This document shows, one piece after another, positions 14,008 through 19,440 of a stretch of DNA of 19,440 nucleotides; positions within the stretch are counted from its first letter, which is position 1; every line of letters starts with the position of its first letter. Source of the DNA: Thecamonas trahens ATCC 50062 (Eukaryota > Protista > Apusomonadida); contig NW_013657652.1 in assembly GCF_000142905.1 (NCBI RefSeq), positions 403,267 through 422,706 of the forward strand, in the 5' to 3' direction. Under the pieces are notes generated by a model. It searched no databases. It saw only the letters and a list, made by a program, of their open reading frames with translations, and was not told the origin of the DNA. A program made the translations under genes and the position numbers.

Positions 14008-16954
14008 CGGTTCGCCAGTTTCGGTGATCAACCCATCCCCGATGCGTCTCACCACTGGCGCCCATCTCACACTTCCTGCGAATGTACGCTCACTTGCGGC
14101 CCTTGTGCGACACGTGCTAGCCCTGTACACATCGCCGCAGCAAACCAAGGAAGATCAGCTTGCCCATCGCAGCCGCGGGGGTGGCCCTCTTGCCCACGGT
14201 CTCTCCCTCGCCGCGATCTCGCCGGATCTAGCAAAAGGTCGTGAACGGCTTGCCGCCGACTCGGCCTGGGCGACTGCCGATGCCGCCGCCGACGAGCTGG
14301 TAGCGTCTCTGATGGGGTTGAGTCCTCCCACCAGGGCAGCGGATGGGCCAGCACTCCTCCTCTTTGCGCCATGGTCGGTCCCAGTCGCCCTTGCCGCCGT
14401 CGTCGCCTCGGTCTTCCAGGCCGCTGCCGCCGTCCTTGACGCACCCGCTCTCGCCCGCTCGCCAACCGCTGTTGCTCTCCTTCTCGACGGCGCTGGCCCT
14501 TGCAACCGCGCGTCAGTCATCGACGCGCTCCTCGCCCATGTCTTTCACACCTTTACCCCTGATCAAGTCGCAGTCTTCAACCCAAGCACTCCGCTGCCGG
14601 CCCGAGCCACACTTCCGCGCGTCGCCATTGTGATTGCAGCTAGCCATCGCGGCCTTCCGGATCTTGATAACCTCGTTCTCGTGCACACCGTGGTCTACGC
14701 CGCATCCGCCCGCGCACTCGCACCACGCATTGCCCACCTCGTTGTCGCCCATGGAGTTGCTCTCGGCGGCACCCCGGGACCAGGTATCGACGCGCCGTGG
14801 GCGCTCGTCGCCGGCCCGACGCCGCGCTCGCCTGTCTTTGCGCGCATCTGCATCGTCGTTGTCGTCGCCACCGCTCCGGCGCGCGCCGCGTTCGCCGAGC
14901 TCACCACCGCCGGTGCTGCTGTGCTTGACATGATTCAGGACCACCTGCCCCGCAACGCTGGCGGTGCAAGCTTTGGTCCCCGCGCAGGCGACTATCTGCG
15001 CCATCTCGTGGTCTCACTTCGCCAGGTCGGCGAGGCGTCGGTGCCGCTGCTTCCGGCTGCCGGCGTGCTTGTTGTCCTCGCACAGACACTCTACGCCTGG
15101 TCATCAGCCGGCTGGTCATACGCATCCGAGGCACTCGAGACCGCAACGAGCGCGCTTGTTGCTGTCCATCCGATCCTCAGCTCGACGTTTGCTGCCTGGC
15201 GCGCCATTCTCGACGCTGGCAGCGAGGCCGATGTCAAGATTGACGAACTGACCAAGCAGCTGGAGGCGGAAACCCGGACCTCAACCGCGATCGTCGTCCT
15301 TGTTGCGGACGACCACGCGCGCGTCGGCCTCGAGACAGAGCTCAGCCACATCGCCGCCTCGCATCCGCACTGGCGGCTTCGTGGGATGCACCCAGACACG
15401 CCTGCCTATGCACCCGGCTCCTCGCTCGTCATCAACGCCATCGCCGCCCTGCTCGACGCCCGCACTCCGTCAACCTCACTCATTGTTGTGGCCCAACCGA
15501 GCCACGTTTCGGCGCTTGTCGTCCGACGCCTCCTCGCCCCAGCAGCCTTTGATCTCGCCGTCTGGTACGATGCCGAGAGCGAGGCGGCTGGCGCCACCGC
15601 TGCCTTTCTCCGCACCGCCATACCTCGCCACATCGAGCTCCATGGCGAGGCGCTAGCGCGCGACTCGCCATCGCTGCAAGCCTCCTTGAGGTTCGCCTCG
15701 GACGTCGAGTCAGTCCTGGAGGGTCTTGTCGAGGACGGCCACAGCCTCGTCGACCTCGATCCGCGCCTTGGTGCTGTGGCTGTTGCGGCCGAGCCATGCG
15801 CGCCGCCAGCGCCAGCTCCTCCGCAACCCGAGCAGGATACCGCAGAGCCCGGGCCGGTTGACACGCCGCTTCGTTCGGGCCCACCGCTTCCGACGATGGG
15901 CATCGTCGCGTCGTCCGAGGCCGTGATCGCGCTCGGCCTGGGCGGGTTAGACTTGTGGCGGACACAGTTTGGCCTGACTGTTGCCGCTGAGCGCGACGCG
16001 CTGCCTGCTGGCGTGGCCTTTGTCCTTGATGAAGGCTATGCAGTGGCGATGGTCGACGGCTGGCAGTTGTCGGGTGACGCGCGGGAGCGCGCGGCCGAGG
16101 GCCGCCGTCTCCAGGCCATGGTTTCGAGCGCCGAGCAGGCGTACGACGAGCTGGCGGTCCTGGTGGTCTTTGGGCGAGTGGGCGCTCGAGCAGCCGAGCC
16201 GTTTCCATTTGTTCCAGCTCGAGTCCGGGCGCTGATGGCATCGTACGGCCGAACGGCGAGGGCACGCAGCGTGCGAGTCGAGTTTGTGTGGTGCACCGGG
16301 CACGCATCGATGGGATCTGCTGTGCGGTCGCGGTGCGAGGCGCGCGCGGCAGTAAGCGCTCGATGGGCGGGCTCGGCCGAGGTCTGGGCCTCACGGTCTT
16401 GGCTCCTTGCCGAAGAGACGACGTCGGAGCGGGTTCTGTGTACCCTCTCGCCGGCGCTCACCCCGTTTACCGCCCAAATCGCACTCACATGGTCCAAAAG
16501 CCTCGCCGACTTTGCACTGCACGACGAGCTCGAGGCTCTTGTCCGTGACTTTCCGTGGATCCCGCGCAAAGTTCTGGCCGTCACGCTCCGCTGCCTGCAC
16601 GGTGCCAAGCAGCCACTCTCGCCGCCACGCAGCGCTAGCCGCGAGGAAGGCAACGACAGTGGAGGAGCTGGCAGCGGGGAGAACGGGGGCGGGGGTAGTA
16701 GGCAACGACCGAGCGGGCGCAAGCGAGTCCGTGCCCCGTCGCCGGCGTCAGCGAGCCTGCAACCGGCGGGTGATAGCGTCAGCAGCGGGAGAGCCACGCA
16801 TCAGGGCGGCAAGTGGGCGCGGACGCTCGGTTTTCGGCCGCGCGACGGCGAGCTTGGATTTGCAGTCGAGAGCTGCAAAGCCAGCGACGACGACGGGATG
16901 CGGCAGACGGTGCTTGTGTGGCGGTCAGCAAGCGCCAGACATCAGACCGAGTAG
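13970..16954 (+). CDS. SHOC1: Probable SHOC1/Zip2-like meiotic crossover protein (inactive XPF/ERCC4-like domain plus HhH), ~994 aa
   Basis: First ATG at 13970. The C-terminal third has AERD..P....VLDE...V, SRSWL..E.T.SE..L...PALTPFTAQIAL...SL and L...FPWIPRKVL, and the tail RTLGF...RQTVLVW, all matching SHOC1-family patterns as I recall them. The middle region has helicase-remnant motifs (KIDELTKQL...IVVLV; FDLAVWYD). Recognised by eye only. Confidence 0.62.
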   Translation: MDVLVTTAMLAASGSPVSVINPSPMRLTTGAHLTLPANVRSLAALVRHVLALYTSPQQTKEDQLAHRSRGGGPLAHGLSLAAISPDLAKGRERLAADSAWATADAAADELVASLMGLSPPTRAADGPALLLFAPWSVPVALAAVVASVFQAAAAVLDAPALARSPTAVALLLDGAGPCNRASVIDALLAHVFHTFTPDQVAVFNPSTPLPARATLPRVAIVIAASHRGLPDLDNLVLVHTVVYAASARALAPRIAHLVVAHGVALGGTPGPGIDAPWALVAGPTPRSPVFARICIVVVVATAPARAAFAELTTAGAAVLDMIQDHLPRNAGGASFGPRAGDYLRHLVVSLRQVGEASVPLLPAAGVLVVLAQTLYAWSSAGWSYASEALETATSALVAVHPILSSTFAAWRAILDAGSEADVKIDELTKQLEAETRTSTAIVVLVADDHARVGLETELSHIAASHPHWRLRGMHPDTPAYAPGSSLVINAIAALLDARTPSTSLIVVAQPSHVSALVVRRLLAPAAFDLAVWYDAESEAAGATAAFLRTAIPRHIELHGEALARDSPSLQASLRFASDVESVLEGLVEDGHSLVDLDPRLGAVAVAAEPCAPPAPAPPQPEQDTAEPGPVDTPLRSGPPLPTMGIVASSEAVIALGLGGLDLWRTQFGLTVAAERDALPAGVAFVLDEGYAVAMVDGWQLSGDARERAAEGRRLQAMVSSAEQAYDELAVLVVFGRVGARAAEPFPFVPARVRALMASYGRTARARSVRVEFVWCTGHASMGSAVRSRCEARAAVSARWAGSAEVWASRSWLLAEETTSERVLCTLSPALTPFTAQIALTWSKSLADFALHDELEALVRDFPWIPRKVLAVTLRCLHGAKQPLSPPRSASREEGNDSGGAGSGENGGGGSRQRPSGRKRVRAPSPASASLQPAGDSVSSGRATHQGGKWARTLGFRPRDGELGFAVESCKASDDDGMRQTVLVWRSASARHQTE

Positions 16955-19398
16955 GGGAAGAGGAGCGCCGGAATGATGGTGTGCTCGGCCTCGAGCTCGA
17001 GGGCGGCGATAAAGCACTGAGCAGCGAGGGTGTCGAGCCCGCGCGCGGTGGCGACCAGGCCGAGCTGGTGCCAGGCCTTGTAGTTTGTCGGCTCGATGCG
17101 GAGGAGGGCGCGGAGCGGGAGCTCGGCGCGGTCGGCCTCGCCGGCAGCGTTGAGGACAATGCCCTGATGCAGGAGCGCGCCCGGATGCTCGGGCTCGATG
17201 GCGAGAACCCGTTCATACTCGAGGATGGCATCGGCAAGCTGGCCCTTTTCCTCGAGGATGCGGGCCGTCTGGTAGAGCACGCTGGAGTTTTGGCGGACGT
17301 CGCGGAGGGAGGTCGCCTGCTCGAGCGAGACCAGCGCCGATTCGTACTCGCCGAGCCGGCGGTAGAGCGCAGCGAGCTTGCACCAAACAAACAGCTGCTT
17401 GTCGAGCATATCCGCCCGGGCAAGCGAGAGCTGCGAGAGCTGTGCCGACGCCACTCCGGCAGCTCCGGTGCCGCGGCCGCGCGAGCCGCCCGGCGCCGAA
17501 AGCGTCGACGAAACGTGAGTCAGCACAGCCGAAGAGCCAAGGAGGGCGGTGAGGTCGGCATTGGGCGACGGCTTGGTTGGCGTGTTGCCAAAGGCAGCTA
17601 CAGGCGTCGATGAGCCCGACGGCGACGGCACGTCGACGGTGTCACGGAGCTGCGCCAACATGGCTGGCGAGATGTAGCCGATCGACGAGGTGCGGGCCGA
17701 CGAGAGCGCCGTCGCCGATGGCGAGCGCCGCATCGACGAGGCCGCCTTCTTGTCGCCGATCGAGAGCGAGCGCGAGATAGTCGAGTGCGCCCGCGGTGCG
17801 AGATGAGTGAGCGACGGAACGTTGCCAAGCTCATTCAGCGAGCCGGCGTCCTTGCCAGAGTCAGAGAGGGCGGCGAGGACATGAGAGCCTGCCCGGTGGA
17901 GCTTGTTCCACACCCGGATGATCTCCTCAAAAACCGGCAGCGCGCGGCGGCCGCCGTGCAGGTGCTCGACAATGTCGGCCTTGGTCGCCAGCATCTCCAG
18001 CGAGTCTGGGTCTGCGTCGAGCCCAGCGTCGATGGCCCGCAGCGCACCGCGGTAGTCCTTGATGCCGGTGAGGAGGACAGCAAGCAGGTGCCAGCCACGC
18101 GACGACGAGCCGTCAAACCGCAACGACTCGCGGATGGTATCGATGGCAATCGGGTAGTTGCGGAGCTCGGTGTGCAAGAGCGCAAGCGAGTAGAGGACGC
18201 CCGGCGAGGTCGGATCAAGCGCAACCGCGCGCCCGAGCGTGTCCAGCGCGGTGAGATGTGCCCGCTCGCGAGTGCTGTCGTCGCGCGCCTCGCGTGCCGC
18301 CTGGGCATACAGTGCACCTTGAACATGGACGGCGACCTTGAGCAGCGCCTCGGCCGGCGGCTCCAGAGCGGCGAGACTGTCGGACGACACCGCCTTGCCC
18401 TTGGCCAAAAGCTTGAGGCCGCGCTTGACAGCTCGCAGTCCGAGCTGGGTATCGCCGAGCCGGTTGAGGTGGAGCTTGGCCTGGAGAACCCGAACAAACG
18501 GCGATCGTGGCTCGAGCTCGGCTGCGCGCTGCAGAGTCAGCGCCGCGCGCGCATGCTCGCCGGCGGCCTCGAGCGTGAGCGCGTACTGGATGAGGAGGCT
18601 CGCGTCAGTGGCGGCGTGGGTGAGAGCAAGCTCGAGCGACTCAGCCACCAGCGCGTGCTGCCCGGCGAGGAGAAAGGTGAGGACAAGCTCGGGCACACCC
18701 GGGTTCTCGTTCGCAAACTCGAGCGCCACCGAGTTGAACGACGATGCCTCTAGCGGCGCGTCGTCATGGGCGGGCTCGTTTGAAACAACCTGGTGCAGCA
18801 GAAGCAGCAGCGCAATCTCCTCTTTCCGCGAGGCTGGCGCAAAGACGCCTGCCGGCGCCTCGACCACGGTGTAGTCGGCGTCGGAGACTCGCGAGACCAG
18901 CGCCAGGCCGAGGGTTCCGGCGCACCGCGCGTGGAGCCGGAGGCTCATCACTTTGTGAAAGGTCAGGAGCAGGGTGCGGAAGCCCGGAAGCCAGTTGGCC
19001 ACGGGCATGCCCTCGTGGAGCAGCATCCACGCCTCCAGATACGCGAGCTCGGCCACGGCGGCAGCCACCGCCGTAGGAAGCGGCGGGACCCGCAGACTGC
19101 GCAGATCCGGCGATGCGCCCGCAAGAGCCAACCCAGCCGCCAGCACCTTGTGCACACCCTTTGCAATCCGCTGCAGAGCAGCGGTTCGGCTCTGACCAGG
19201 CGTACTAAGAGCGACACATATCCTGGCCACCACCAGCAAAGCCACGCCCTTGAGCCGAGTCAGCAGGGCAGACGCACCTTCTGGCGACGATGGAGGAGAT
19301 GGCAGCGAAGCGAGCAGCTTGCTCTCATCCAGGCATACCAGCGCGCCCGAGTCATCTCCAGCAGCATGAGCGATGCGTGCGCGAATGACAGCAATGTC
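16942..19398 (-). CDS. TTC7: TTC7/YPP1-like TPR protein (PI4KA complex scaffold); last exon, 5' exon(s) outside the window
   Basis: VFAPASRKEEIALLLLL; LVAESLELAL...LLIQYALTL.AAG..ARA; GWHLLAVLLT..KDY..AL; low-complexity linker; C-terminal TPRs ending AWHQLG...AAQCFIAALELEA...IIP. The TTG 'start' at 19404 is part of a splice acceptor. Confidence 0.85.
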   Translation of the reverse strand, partial: DIAVIRARIAHAAGDDSGALVCLDESKLLASLPSPPSSPEGASALLTRLKGVALLVVARICVALSTPGQSRTAALQRIAKGVHKVLAAGLALAGASPDLRSLRVPPLPTAVAAAVAELAYLEAWMLLHEGMPVANWLPGFRTLLLTFHKVMSLRLHARCAGTLGLALVSRVSDADYTVVEAPAGVFAPASRKEEIALLLLLHQVVSNEPAHDDAPLEASSFNSVALEFANENPGVPELVLTFLLAGQHALVAESLELALTHAATDASLLIQYALTLEAAGEHARAALTLQRAAELEPRSPFVRVLQAKLHLNRLGDTQLGLRAVKRGLKLLAKGKAVSSDSLAALEPPAEALLKVAVHVQGALYAQAAREARDDSTRERAHLTALDTLGRAVALDPTSPGVLYSLALLHTELRNYPIAIDTIRESLRFDGSSSRGWHLLAVLLTGIKDYRGALRAIDAGLDADPDSLEMLATKADIVEHLHGGRRALPVFEEIIRVWNKLHRAGSHVLAALSDSGKDAGSLNELGNVPSLTHLAPRAHSTISRSLSIGDKKAASSMRRSPSATALSSARTSSIGYISPAMLAQLRDTVDVPSPSGSSTPVAAFGNTPTKPSPNADLTALLGSSAVLTHVSSTLSAPGGSRGRGTGAAGVASAQLSQLSLARADMLDKQLFVWCKLAALYRRLGEYESALVSLEQATSLRDVRQNSSVLYQTARILEEKGQLADAILEYERVLAIEPEHPGALLHQGIVLNAAGEADRAELPLRALLRIEPTNYKAWHQLGLVATARGLDTLAAQCFIAALELEAEHTIIPALLFPYSV

Positions 19399-19440
19399 CT
19401 GCAAGGAGAGGGGGGGAGGGGGTAAGTGACGGCAGGAGGA
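19399..19440 (-). other. 3' end of a spliceosomal intron (branch-point candidate, pyrimidine tract, CAG acceptor) in TTC7
   Basis: Minus strand reads ...GTCACTTACCCCCTCCCCCCCTCTCCTTGCAG|GAC ATT GCT; phase 0 with the long ORF, which has no ATG start. Confidence 0.75.

Noticed and set aside
16813-19425. Plus-strand ORFs (266, 322, 210 aa) opposite TTC7
   Set aside because: Shadow ORFs of a clearly recognisable TPR gene.
19421-19427. Perfect GGTAAGT splice donor on the plus strand
   Set aside because: No plus-strand gene here; it is the complement of the TTC7 intron's branch-region sequence.

Overview
GC-rich, very gene-dense and almost intron-free eukaryotic DNA. The gene set and style suggest a protist; an apusomonad such as Thecamonas is only a guess. 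The window holds about ten genes: a 5'-truncated unknown protein, an AGPAT/LPAAT-type acyltransferase, a Drs2/ATP8A-type P4-ATPase flippase, the spliceosomal genes CWF19L2 and BUD31 head-to-head, a gene fragment after a 278-N gap, an acidic orphan with a LIR-like motif, TMEM120, a probable meiotic SHOC1/Zip2 homologue and a TTC7/YPP1 TPR scaffold whose 5' exon(s) lie beyond the window. Three signals stand out. (1) Three genes each appear to lack exactly one base, and each can be repaired by adding a G beside a G on the coding strand; sequencing error is the default explanation. (2) Long C/CA-rich, G-poor tracts, usually ending in AG, lie just before most start codons. (3) An identical AT-rich 11-mer lies upstream of two genes. 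All family calls come from motif recognition by eye, with no database search. No mobile element, CRISPR array or RNA gene was recognised.
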